In this document: one piece after another, positions 7,346 through 14,802 of the stretch
Layout: each line of letters starts with the position of its first letter
How positions within the stretch are numbered: position 1 is the stretch's first letter
Source of the DNA: Caedimonas varicaedens
GTDB lineage: Bacteria > Pseudomonadota > Alphaproteobacteria > Caedimonadales > Caedimonadaceae
Length of the DNA: 18,908 nt
Assembly: GCA_001192655.1 (NCBI GenBank)
Contig: BBVC01000024.1
Coordinates: 1-18,908 of the forward strand
Direction of reading: 5' to 3'
Program-made: the position numbers and the translations under genes
Notes under the pieces: generated by a model
What the model was told of the DNA's origin: nothing
Databases searched by the model: none
What the model saw: only the letters and a program-made list of their open reading frames with translations

Positions 7346-8317
7346 TTGGGGATTCTGGGCGATAATCTGACCGCCCAGCAGGTTCAGGCCGCCCAACGAA
7401 GCCTCAATTTTTTGCTCACTTCCTGGATGAATGACGGGCTGAATCTGTGGACCGTGGAGCAGAGATTGCTGGGATTGATTCCCGGTCAAAATACTTACGC
7501 TCTCCCTGAAACCGTCTGCGATATTCTGGAGATGAACAGTCGTCAAAGCATGCGCCTGATGGGGGGAAAAGCGGAAAGCTCTTCAGGCAATGCCAAAAAC
7601 GCTTTTGACGACAATCCCCGCACGGCGTGTCAGCAAGAGGCTGCTGATGGCTGGATTGGCATGGCGTGGCCATCTTTTATGCCGTTGGTGCAAATGGTGG
7701 GGATTGTCTCTCAATCTTCTAAAATTTATACCCTCTCGTGTCAGGTCAGGCAGGGGGAAGAGTGGAAAACCCTTCTCCATATTCCGTCCCAACTTTATGA
7801 AGCGGGGATTTTGCTGTGGTTTGTGATTCCCGCCCCTCAAAGAGGAAACGCGTTCAGAATTATCGAGACCGGCGGGTCTGTTCTGGATATTCAGGAACTG
7901 TATTTTTCCTGTGCGGTGCAGGATACCATGATGACCGCCATTTCAAGATCTGAATGGATGTCCATGCCCAACAAGAATCAACCTGGTCAGCCCACATCCT
8001 TTTATTGGGACAGAACCATTCATCCCACGTTGTCCGTGTGGCCGACCCCCACACCTTTTTATCGCACCCTCTTTTTTACCTGTACCCGTATGATGGAAGA
8101 TGGGGGCGATCTTGCCAATCAGATTCAAGTCCCCTCCCGATTTTATGATCCTCTGGTGGCAGGGCTCGCGTCTCGATTGGCGGTTAAATATTCCCCTCAA
8201 AAAGCCTCTTTGCTGGAAGAACAGTATCAAAGTCTTTATACGCGGGCGCAAGAGCAGGATACAGAAACCACGCCTTTGCGATTAGGCGTGACCTGGCAAG
8301 GGGGGTACACATGGTAA
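7346..8317 (+). CDS. Adaptor / tail tubular A-like protein; 5' end apparently displaced by a 1-nt frame break (natural start probably ATG 7276)
   Basis: The long ORF is open only back to TAA 7328-7330, and its first start is a TTG without an SD. An SD-equipped ATG at 7276 opens a 21-codon ORF in the -1-relative frame whose sequence would join seamlessly. LGILGDNLTAQQVQAAQRSLNFLLTSWMNDGLNLWTVEQ resembles the N-terminal pattern of T7 gp11-like proteins (..IGE.....A...LN.....GW.FN). The functional call is tentative. Confidence 0.75.
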   Translation: MGILGDNLTAQQVQAAQRSLNFLLTSWMNDGLNLWTVEQRLLGLIPGQNTYALPETVCDILEMNSRQSMRLMGGKAESSSGNAKNAFDDNPRTACQQEAADGWIGMAWPSFMPLVQMVGIVSQSSKIYTLSCQVRQGEEWKTLLHIPSQLYEAGILLWFVIPAPQRGNAFRIIETGGSVLDIQELYFSCAVQDTMMTAISRSEWMSMPNKNQPGQPTSFYWDRTIHPTLSVWPTPTPFYRTLFFTCTRMMEDGGDLANQIQVPSRFYDPLVAGLASRLAVKYSPQKASLLEEQYQSLYTRAQEQDTETTPLRLGVTWQGGYTW

Positions 8318-8772
8318 ATCGCACGGGCAAGTATGTTGTGGTTAAACCCCATAGTCGGCAAGCCTTCGGGATTTGTGACCGCACAGGGTATTTGTTTGAC
8401 CGCAAGGATTTGGTCAAGCAAATGATGTGGGCGGGCGACAAACTGGTCTGGACAAAGCTGTGGGTGGGCAAGCCTTTTATAGATATTCCCAATCCCCAGA
8501 GCTGTTCGTCTATTCTGGGTCCTGATCCTGTCGCTATCCCTTTTCCCAGACCCCCTCTGGTGACCCAAACATTCTGGGAGAGGATTGACGATGGTGCGTG
8601 GGAGTTTCAGGGGTTTCCGTGGGAGGAGAAAAAGACAAGTCCAACAGCAGAAATTGGTGAGACCCTCAGTGGATGGGGAGCTCCTGCCGATGCTCAGGAA
8701 GCGCTGCCCGGCAAAGCACGTCAAGCCTTGCTGGAACAAGCTTCTTTTGGACGTTTGGAGGGAGACGCATGA
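8311..8772 (+). CDS. Hypothetical tail-region protein (153 aa)
   Basis: The ATG overlaps the upstream stop (ATGGTAA) and the G-rich AAGGGGGG lies upstream. ICDRTGYLFDRKDLVKQMMWAGDKLVWTKLWV....D.PNPQ is a pattern I recall from small proteins next to podovirus tail genes. Confidence 0.78.
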   Translation: MVNRTGKYVVVKPHSRQAFGICDRTGYLFDRKDLVKQMMWAGDKLVWTKLWVGKPFIDIPNPQSCSSILGPDPVAIPFPRPPLVTQTFWERIDDGAWEFQGFPWEEKKTSPTAEIGETLSGWGAPADAQEALPGKARQALLEQASFGRLEGDA

Positions 8773-9062
8773 CCTGCCTGACGGGACAACCCCCTTATAC
8801 GACGTATGGAGATTTGCTCACCACCACCAACAACGGACAAGGATTCCCCGAAGAAACTCTGGTGCCGGTTCAGGATGGCATGGGCAATAACAGTCCCATG
8901 CTGATGTCCCAAAATGCTGTGCAGTTCACAAAAGTCATGGCGGTGCCTTGCTGGACAACAGAACAAAGACCCCAAAATCCCATGATGGGAACATTGGGAT
9001 TTAATACGCAGAAGAACGTTCTTGAAGTCTGGAATGGTGAACAATGGAGCGGTGATGCATGA
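8769..9062 (+). CDS. Small (97 aa) protein carrying one copy of the fibre repeat motif
   Basis: ATG 8769 overlaps the upstream TGA (ATGA) and follows GGAGGGAG (8756-8763). The track's 8673 start lies inside the upstream gene. VPCWTTEQRPQNPMMGTLGFNTQKNVLEVWNGEQW (nt 8937-9047) aligns with the duplicated motif of the 5123..6652 fibre. Confidence 0.72.
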   Translation: MTCLTGQPPYTTYGDLLTTTNNGQGFPEETLVPVQDGMGNNSPMLMSQNAVQFTKVMAVPCWTTEQRPQNPMMGTLGFNTQKNVLEVWNGEQWSGDA

Positions 9063-9319
9063 GTGATAAAATTATTCGATTCCCCAAGAAAAAAAGAATT
9101 ATTCTGAATCAGGAAATGACAGACAAAATCAGTCAAAGTTTGGCGCATATCATCGCCTCCACAGAGACTGTGGGCGGATTGCTTCTTCTTCTCAAGCACA
9201 ATGGCGAAGTCTGGTTATCTGTGGATGGCGACCTCAGCACAGCGGATATCTCTCATATGGGATGTATTGCGATACATGATGCTTATCAAACTGAAATGGA
9301 CGAAAGAGAGGATTTTTAA
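9059..9319 (+). CDS. Hypothetical small protein (86 aa)
   Basis: ATGA overlap with the upstream stop, and the next gene starts directly after its TAA. G+C is somewhat lower than in the flanks (about 41 percent by hand count). No recognisable motif. Confidence 0.68.
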   Translation: MSDKIIRFPKKKRIILNQEMTDKISQSLAHIIASTETVGGLLLLLKHNGEVWLSVDGDLSTADISHMGCIAIHDAYQTEMDEREDF

Positions 9320-9967
9320 ATGCCGGCCATGACCTGGCTCTCTTTGGTGGGAACGCCGGAATTTCCCGGACAAATTATGCGCTATCTCAACAATGAGAAT
9401 CTGTCGTTGTACGACAGTCTTCCCGATTTTATCTATCAGGCCGAGCAAAGAATTTGCCGAGAATCCAAGAATATCGGGTTGGAGATGTATGTGCGGGGGC
9501 AGTTGACGCCAGAGGTAGAAACTTTAGCCAAACCTGCCAGATGGCGTCGAAGTCTGACGTTGGGGGTTTGGGAACAGAACGGCACCTATCATCAGCTGTT
9601 TGTGAGGAATTATGAGTTTTTACGCGCGTATACCTCGGCTCAGAAAGTGCCAGGATTGCCTAAGTATTATGGGGATTATGGCTACGAGGCGATGTTGATC
9701 TCGCCCACCCCCGATCAAGCCTACCGGTTTGAGTATGGCTATCTTCAGCTTCCCACACCTCTCAGTCCTGAAAATCAAACCAACTGGCTCACGGATTATG
9801 CCCCTGATGTGTTGCTCTATGGCATTTTGCTGGAAGCCGTGCCCTTTCTTAAAAATGATGAGCGGATTCCTGTGTGGGAGTCTGCGTATGGGCGAGGGCT
9901 GGCCAGTTTGAATCAACAAGACGATGCGCGGCAAGATGACCGAGCCTCCAACGATGAGGCGGACTAA
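9320..9967 (+). CDS. Hypothetical head-tail joining/neck-region protein (215 aa)
   Basis: ATG after GAGAGGA (9306-9312). Its position is between the adaptor-like and nozzle-like genes. The pattern LPDFIYQAEQRICRE...LLYGILLEAVPFLKNDERI resembles connector/completion-type proteins I recall. Weak functional call. Confidence 0.82.
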   Translation: MPAMTWLSLVGTPEFPGQIMRYLNNENLSLYDSLPDFIYQAEQRICRESKNIGLEMYVRGQLTPEVETLAKPARWRRSLTLGVWEQNGTYHQLFVRNYEFLRAYTSAQKVPGLPKYYGDYGYEAMLISPTPDQAYRFEYGYLQLPTPLSPENQTNWLTDYAPDVLLYGILLEAVPFLKNDERIPVWESAYGRGLASLNQQDDARQDDRASNDEAD

Positions 9968-9969
9968 TT

Positions 9970-11541
9970 ATGCCTTCCAGAATTTATCCCCTGAGTTTCT
10001 TGCCCGGCATTAAAAAAGACGGCACGTCTTTTGCCTCCCGTCATTATCTGGACGGCTTGTGGTGCCGGTTTCAACGAGGACTTCCGAGGAAAATGGGCGG
10101 GTATCAAGAGATTATCTCCGTGCCGGAACGTCCTCGGGGAATGTTGATTGTGCCAGACGGGAACGATTTTCGCGTGATTGTGGGGCATCGGAGAGGAATA
10201 GGTCACTTTTTGATGAATGAAGAAGGTACGGCTTTAGGAGGAATAATTGATAGAACTCCAGACGGATTTGTCGCCAGTGATCAAAATACATGGCAGTTTC
10301 AGACGTTGTATACGCCTGCCACAAACACAGGGTGGCTGATCGCCCATGCCACGCCTAGTCTGGATAATATCGCCTCTCCTGTGGAAACACCCGTCTATGC
10401 GGGGAATTTGTATGAGGATACGCCTCTTGAACCGTTAAAATTGGAAGATGGAACGCCTTTACTGGCTTCAGGGGGGATTGTGGTGTTATCGCCGTACCTT
10501 CTGGTCTTCAGCAATGGCGGGTTTATCCGTTGGTCAAAAGCGGGTGATTCCTTCACGTTTCCGTTGCAAAACTTTGCCGTGGTCTGCTCGCGAAAGATTG
10601 TGCGCGGGATGCCTGCCCGAGGCGGGAATGGGTCTCCCGCAGGATTGTTGTGGTCTTTGGATTCTCTTTTAAGGGTGACGTTTCATCCTGACAGTGACGG
10701 CACGCCCAACTTCAGGTTCGATACCTTGACCAGTGAAAGCTCGATTTTGTCGGCCAATAGTGTGGTGGAGTATGACGGGCTTTATTTCTGGGCAGGGGTG
10801 GACAGGTTTTTGTTTTACAACGGCGTGGTGCAGGAAGTGCCGAATATCCTGAATCTCGACTGGTTCTATGTGAACACGCCCACAAGTGGCGTCAATTATG
10901 ATCAACGACAGAAAGTCTGGGCGACCAAGATTCCTCAATATGGCGAGATTTGGTGGTTTTATCCCTCGGGAACAGCGGAGGAGTGCGATCGAGCGGTTAT
11001 TTTTAATGTGCGGGAAAAGTGTTGGTATTCCACAGATATTGAAGTGGATGACGGCTTGGAGCCTGTGAGAGGCAGAGGATGCGGGTATTTTGAGCAAGTG
11101 TTTGCCGATCCTGTTTGGGCATCCAGTCATGCAGAAGATGGAGCTTATACGATCTGGAAACAGGAAACAGGAATCGATAAAGTTTGGACAGATGGCACCG
11201 TTGAAGCGATCCCCTCTTATGTGAGAACGGGGGATTTGTCGTGGTGCGGCATCGGCCCTGAAGGCAATTGGACGGGCGTGGATCGAAAGGTCTCTTTGGA
11301 AAGAATCGAGCCTGATTTTAAGATGACGGGAAGTTTGCGCGTGAGTGCCTATAGCCGGGAATATGCCCAAGCCCCTCTCAAAAAGACATTTTTGAGTTTC
11401 TTCAAGAATGACACCCAGAAAATTGATACACGGATTCAGGCACGGGAAATGAGTTTGCTGTTTGGAAGTTTGGAGGCAGGCACCTCCTGGGAAATGGGGC
11501 AAGTATTGCTGACATTAGCCGTAGGAGATGGACGGGCATGA
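9970..11541 (+). CDS. Tail tubular B / nozzle-like structural protein, putative (523 aa)
   Basis: ATG 2 nt after the upstream stop. The N-terminus LPGIKKDGTSFASRHYLDGLWCRFQRGLPRKMGGY parallels the N-terminal pattern of T7 gp12-type proteins (G+....... ..N......GL.KRP). Aromatic/Gly-rich and probably beta-propeller-like. Functional call is from pattern and order only. Confidence 0.85.
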   Translation: MPSRIYPLSFLPGIKKDGTSFASRHYLDGLWCRFQRGLPRKMGGYQEIISVPERPRGMLIVPDGNDFRVIVGHRRGIGHFLMNEEGTALGGIIDRTPDGFVASDQNTWQFQTLYTPATNTGWLIAHATPSLDNIASPVETPVYAGNLYEDTPLEPLKLEDGTPLLASGGIVVLSPYLLVFSNGGFIRWSKAGDSFTFPLQNFAVVCSRKIVRGMPARGGNGSPAGLLWSLDSLLRVTFHPDSDGTPNFRFDTLTSESSILSANSVVEYDGLYFWAGVDRFLFYNGVVQEVPNILNLDWFYVNTPTSGVNYDQRQKVWATKIPQYGEIWWFYPSGTAEECDRAVIFNVREKCWYSTDIEVDDGLEPVRGRGCGYFEQVFADPVWASSHAEDGAYTIWKQETGIDKVWTDGTVEAIPSYVRTGDLSWCGIGPEGNWTGVDRKVSLERIEPDFKMTGSLRVSAYSREYAQAPLKKTFLSFFKNDTQKIDTRIQAREMSLLFGSLEAGTSWEMGQVLLTLAVGDGRA

Positions 11542-11768
11542 TCTGGTTTAAGGACATCTCGTTAAGATTGTGGGCGGATACGCTCGTGAGAGATTTTACG
11601 CGCGACAATGTGCCGATTCTTGAAGATGAGAACCATTGGCAAGAATGGGGAAATCGGCTTGTTCAGGAACCTTCTTTTGCCCAAGCAGGCTGTCCCCAGA
11701 CCAACGGATTTGAGAGAGCCGAAGACTGGGCGCAAGCGGTGTGTGGGGCGATGGCAGATTCTTTCTGA
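11538..11768 (+). CDS. Hypothetical small Trp-rich virion-module protein (76 aa)
   Basis: ATGA overlap with the upstream stop, and AGGAG at 11522-11526. Repeated W..W(A/G) pattern (LRLWADTL, WQEWGNRL, EDWAQAV). Confidence 0.68.
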   Translation: MIWFKDISLRLWADTLVRDFTRDNVPILEDENHWQEWGNRLVQEPSFAQAGCPQTNGFERAEDWAQAVCGAMADSF

Positions 11769-11801
11769 CATGTTAAAATAGAAAAAAGAGAAGGAAAATT
11801 A

Positions 11802-11981
11802 ATGTTTAACGAAAAACCAATTGATGTCAATACGCGAGAGTTTGAGGAAAAACTGCTCATATGGTTAAAAGAAGCAGAAGTGCAAGACCCTCATTGGCAA
11901 GACATTGTCAAAACTCATTTTGAAGAAGGATTATGGCCTTCAGGCGTGCTTTACATGGAAAGTATCACTATAAAAAAATAG
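11802..11981 (+). CDS. Untracked 59-codon ORF in an AT-rich insert (hypothetical acidic helical protein)
   Basis: My own translation gives MFNEKPIDVNTREFEEKLLIWLKEAEVQDPHWQDIVKTHFEEGLWPSGVLYMESITIKK, with stop TAG at 11979-11981. AAGGA (11791-11795) lies 6 nt upstream of the ATG. It fills an otherwise empty 240-nt gap and falls just below the apparent 60-aa cutoff of the track. Confidence 0.45.
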   Translation: MFNEKPIDVNTREFEEKLLIWLKEAEVQDPHWQDIVKTHFEEGLWPSGVLYMESITIKK

Positions 11982-12008
11982 CAAATAAGAACAATGAATA
12001 GGTAAACA

Positions 12009-13502
12009 ATGACCGGTTTTTATGGACAGCCGCCTTTAGGACAGTCTCCTCTGATGATGGGAGCCAATGAGGGACTATACGCACAAAACGCCTATGGTCA
12101 GGGTTTGCCGGCTATGCTTCCTGCGAAAGGATTGGCACAAGCTTTGCAAACTACCTCTTATTCCCCTCAAGGTTTTATGAATTCTTCTGATCCTTCAACA
12201 TCCTCTCTGCAATTCAAGCCGCAATATCCTGTTACAGGGGGGCTGTCTATGTACGCACGAGGGGGACGAGTTCAAAGAGAGCCCTCACAGACTGAAAAAC
12301 CTTTATGGGGACTGGCGGAAGCTCTGCGGGGACAGGGTCGTCACGGGGATACGATTCTCGCCCATATCAGTCCTGAAGAAGCCGAGATGCTCAAAGAGAT
12401 GGGTGGAAGCGGAACGATCAATCCCGAAACAGGATTACCGGAGTATGTACGTATTGGTGGATTTAGTCTTGGAGATCTGAATCCATTTAGAAAAAAAACG
12501 CCTGTGGGAAAATTTGTTCGTCAACATCTTGGACCTGTGATCGGTACTGTTTTGGGAAATATGATTCTGCCTGGGGTTGGTGGCGCGATTGGAGGAGGTA
12601 TTGGCGGGAGTTTTGGACATCCAAATAATCGTATGGGACCTGTCAAAGGAGCCATGATGAGTCAGATGTATTCCGCAGGGCTCAATGCTTTAGGGTCAGG
12701 AGCCAATGCTCTGGGAATGTCAGGGATTGGAGGAAGTTTGCAATCTTTAGGAGGACCCAATTATCTCTCTTCTTTGATGAATAGCGTTTCACCCAGTATA
12801 GCTTCTCATCTGGGTCCCCAGGCACAACTCCCGGGATTTATGCAAGGGATTGGAAGCTTTTTTGGCGGAGGGGGTGGGAGTGGCGGAAGTGCTGCGGCTT
12901 CTACGCCTTTTTCCATGAATCCGGTTTCTCAACTGGCATCAACACTGGCAGGCAAAGGCGCAAGCTCCGCCGCAGGGGGAGGTTTAGGAAGTTTCTTGGG
13001 CGGAAACATGCTGAATAATGCGTTGCTCGCAACCGCCATTGGGGGAACGCTTTTAAGACGAGAAAAACCACAAGGACCACAATCTATTGGGGACGCGATG
13101 ACACAAGCAGAAAAACATCGGTGGCGCCCTGATCAATACCCCGATAAAAATCCCGCCAAAGCCATCAACCGAAAATATAAGGGATACTCGCCCAATTATC
13201 GTCCAGGGTTTGATCCGGAAGAAGAAGCTTTTGAGGAAGACAGCCCCTGGCAATATCCTCAAAAGTTTTCTGAAGGGGGATTTTTAGAGGGAGAGTCTCC
13301 CGGACAACAGGACAATGTGCCGGCTCTTTTGTCAGAAGGTGAGTTTGTGATTCCTGCGGATGTGGTGTCTGATCTTGGGGATGGGAATTCCAAAGCCGGG
13401 GCCAAACGTCTGAATCAACTTATTTCAGAAATCAGGCATCATAAAAACACAGATCAACATCCTCCCAAAGCCAAAGGCTTGGGGGCTTATTTGAACGCAT
13501 AG
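12009..13502 (+). CDS. Glycine-rich internal virion / ejection-type protein, putative (497 aa)
   Basis: Motifs: HGDTILAHISPEEAEMLKEMGGSGTINPETGLPEY (nt 12345-12446); glycine-zipper hydrophobic stretch GPVIGTVLGNMILPGVGGAIGGGIGGSFG; long G/S/A low-complexity region; C-terminal GEFVIPADVVSDLGDG (nt 13338-13385). I recall these motifs from podovirus virion proteins. The gene sits downstream of the nozzle-like gene, as in T7 gp13-16. Confidence 0.83.
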   Translation: MTGFYGQPPLGQSPLMMGANEGLYAQNAYGQGLPAMLPAKGLAQALQTTSYSPQGFMNSSDPSTSSLQFKPQYPVTGGLSMYARGGRVQREPSQTEKPLWGLAEALRGQGRHGDTILAHISPEEAEMLKEMGGSGTINPETGLPEYVRIGGFSLGDLNPFRKKTPVGKFVRQHLGPVIGTVLGNMILPGVGGAIGGGIGGSFGHPNNRMGPVKGAMMSQMYSAGLNALGSGANALGMSGIGGSLQSLGGPNYLSSLMNSVSPSIASHLGPQAQLPGFMQGIGSFFGGGGGSGGSAAASTPFSMNPVSQLASTLAGKGASSAAGGGLGSFLGGNMLNNALLATAIGGTLLRREKPQGPQSIGDAMTQAEKHRWRPDQYPDKNPAKAINRKYKGYSPNYRPGFDPEEEAFEEDSPWQYPQKFSEGGFLEGESPGQQDNVPALLSEGEFVIPADVVSDLGDGNSKAGAKRLNQLISEIRHHKNTDQHPPKAKGLGAYLNA

Positions 13503-13513
13503 GAGAAGATAAA

Positions 13514-14482
13514 ATGCCCGCAGTCGGAATTAACCTCAATAAAAGCGACATGCCCCCCTGGCTGGAAAACCTCTATCGAGAGCTTTCCCGCATGGCATCC
13601 AATCAGTCCATGACTCCTTATATGCCTTATCAGGGATCAAGACTGGAGGATTTTAATAAGGACACGCAACAATCCTTTGCGTTGGGGCGTAACTATGGAT
13701 TGCATTATACGCCCTTGAATCGTGCGGAAGGTCAGATCAATCAAGGGGTGCAGGATTTTCCCAGTCTTTATCAAAAGTACATGAATCCTTATACTCAGCA
13801 AGTTGTGCAAGGCATCGGAGACGCGGGCAACAAAAACTTTATGGAGAATATCCTGCCTGCCATTGAGTCCCAGTTTGTGAGTAAGGGACAAGCCTTCTCA
13901 GGGCATCATCAGCAACTGGCCAACAAGGCAGGACTGGATGCCCAGCAACAGATCACACGGCAACAAAATGAGGCTCTGGCACGAGGCTATGAACACGGCG
14001 CTCAAACGTTTGGTCAAGATCAAAGCCGTCATCTGCTGGGGGCGGAAGCGTATGGCAATCTGGCGCGGGGGCGACAAGCGGGTAATCTGACGGATATTGC
14101 CACCTTGCAGGAACAGGGCAGGATGCAGCAAGTTCTGGCACAGCAGGGAAAAGATATGGCTTATGGAGATTTTCTCAGAAAGCAGAATCATCCCCAACAG
14201 CAGATTGCCAACTATAGCGCCACGCTTCATGGCATCCCCGCACCGGTGACCACGACAAGCTATATACAGCAGCCCGGAACGGCTCAAGTGAATATGGCAG
14301 GAAACCTTGCTTCTCTGGCAGGACAGCTCTATGGCATGAACAAGATGGCAGGATATAAAAAAGGCGGACGGGTTCAAAGCGGTTTGGGTTCTTTGCCCCG
14401 TCTTGCCAAGATGCCTCAGTTGCCCTCCCTCAAACGGAAGAAATCCAAAGGCGTGAGTGCGTTAAGCCGAGGAAGGTGGTGA
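13514..14482 (+). CDS. Gln-rich internal virion-type protein, putative (322 aa)
   Basis: ATG after AGGAGA (13501-13506). Q/N-rich and helical. The C-terminal YKKGGRVQ repeats the YARGGRVQ of the preceding protein, and the tail is basic (KRKKSKG). Confidence 0.83.
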   Translation: MPAVGINLNKSDMPPWLENLYRELSRMASNQSMTPYMPYQGSRLEDFNKDTQQSFALGRNYGLHYTPLNRAEGQINQGVQDFPSLYQKYMNPYTQQVVQGIGDAGNKNFMENILPAIESQFVSKGQAFSGHHQQLANKAGLDAQQQITRQQNEALARGYEHGAQTFGQDQSRHLLGAEAYGNLARGRQAGNLTDIATLQEQGRMQQVLAQQGKDMAYGDFLRKQNHPQQQIANYSATLHGIPAPVTTTSYIQQPGTAQVNMAGNLASLAGQLYGMNKMAGYKKGGRVQSGLGSLPRLAKMPQLPSLKRKKSKGVSALSRGRW

Positions 14483-14802
14483 TGAATCCGCTTGTGATGA
14501 TGCAGTTGATGGCTCAAATGCAACAGGGAGGGACACAGCCGGCTCAGGGAATGGGTCTGCCGTCTGTGATGCCACAAGGTCAGCAACAAAGTATGCCACT
14601 TTCTCAGAATCAGACGCAGCCTTCTTTTGAGCAGATGATGTCAGGATACGGAAATACTGACCCCATGAGTCAGTTGATGATGATGCAGCCTCAATCCAGT
14701 TCTATTCTGGATGAAGGGGCGCTCTCCGCTATTAAATCCGCCAAAACCGCTCTCAAGATGGATGACGAAGAAAAAACAAGGCTTTCGGCATGGGACTGGT
14801 GA
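14482..14802 (+). CDS. Met/Gln-rich low-complexity protein (106 aa from ATG 14482)
   Basis: ATG 14482 overlaps the upstream TGA by 1 nt (TGATG) and follows GGAAGG (14471-14476). The track start GTG 14476 is less likely. Strong M/Q/P/S composition. Confidence 0.7.
   Translation: MNPLVMMQLMAQMQQGGTQPAQGMGLPSVMPQGQQQSMPLSQNQTQPSFEQMMSGYGNTDPMSQLMMMQPQSSSILDEGALSAIKSAKTALKMDDEEKTRLSAWDW

Noticed and set aside
8585-8890. Overlapping + strand ORFs: the Arg-rich 101-aa ORF at 8585-8890, and the 5' extension of the 8673-9062 ORF
   Set aside because: Both overlap the 8311-8772 gene in alternative frames. The 101-aa product is an Arg/His-rich junk-like sequence. For the 8673 ORF, the internal ATG at 8769 with a GGAGGGAG SD and an ATGA stop-start overlap explains the frame without the extension.
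10669-11502. A 277-aa minus-strand ORF, the longest antisense ORF in the window
   Set aside because: It lies entirely inside the well-supported + strand 523-aa gene. Its composition is R/C/H/P-rich, typical of antisense frames. It has no SD context and does not fit the operon architecture. The shorter antisense ORFs (1916-2416, 8236-8739, 14691-15113, 15110-15520, 16321-16686 and others) are rejected for the same reasons.
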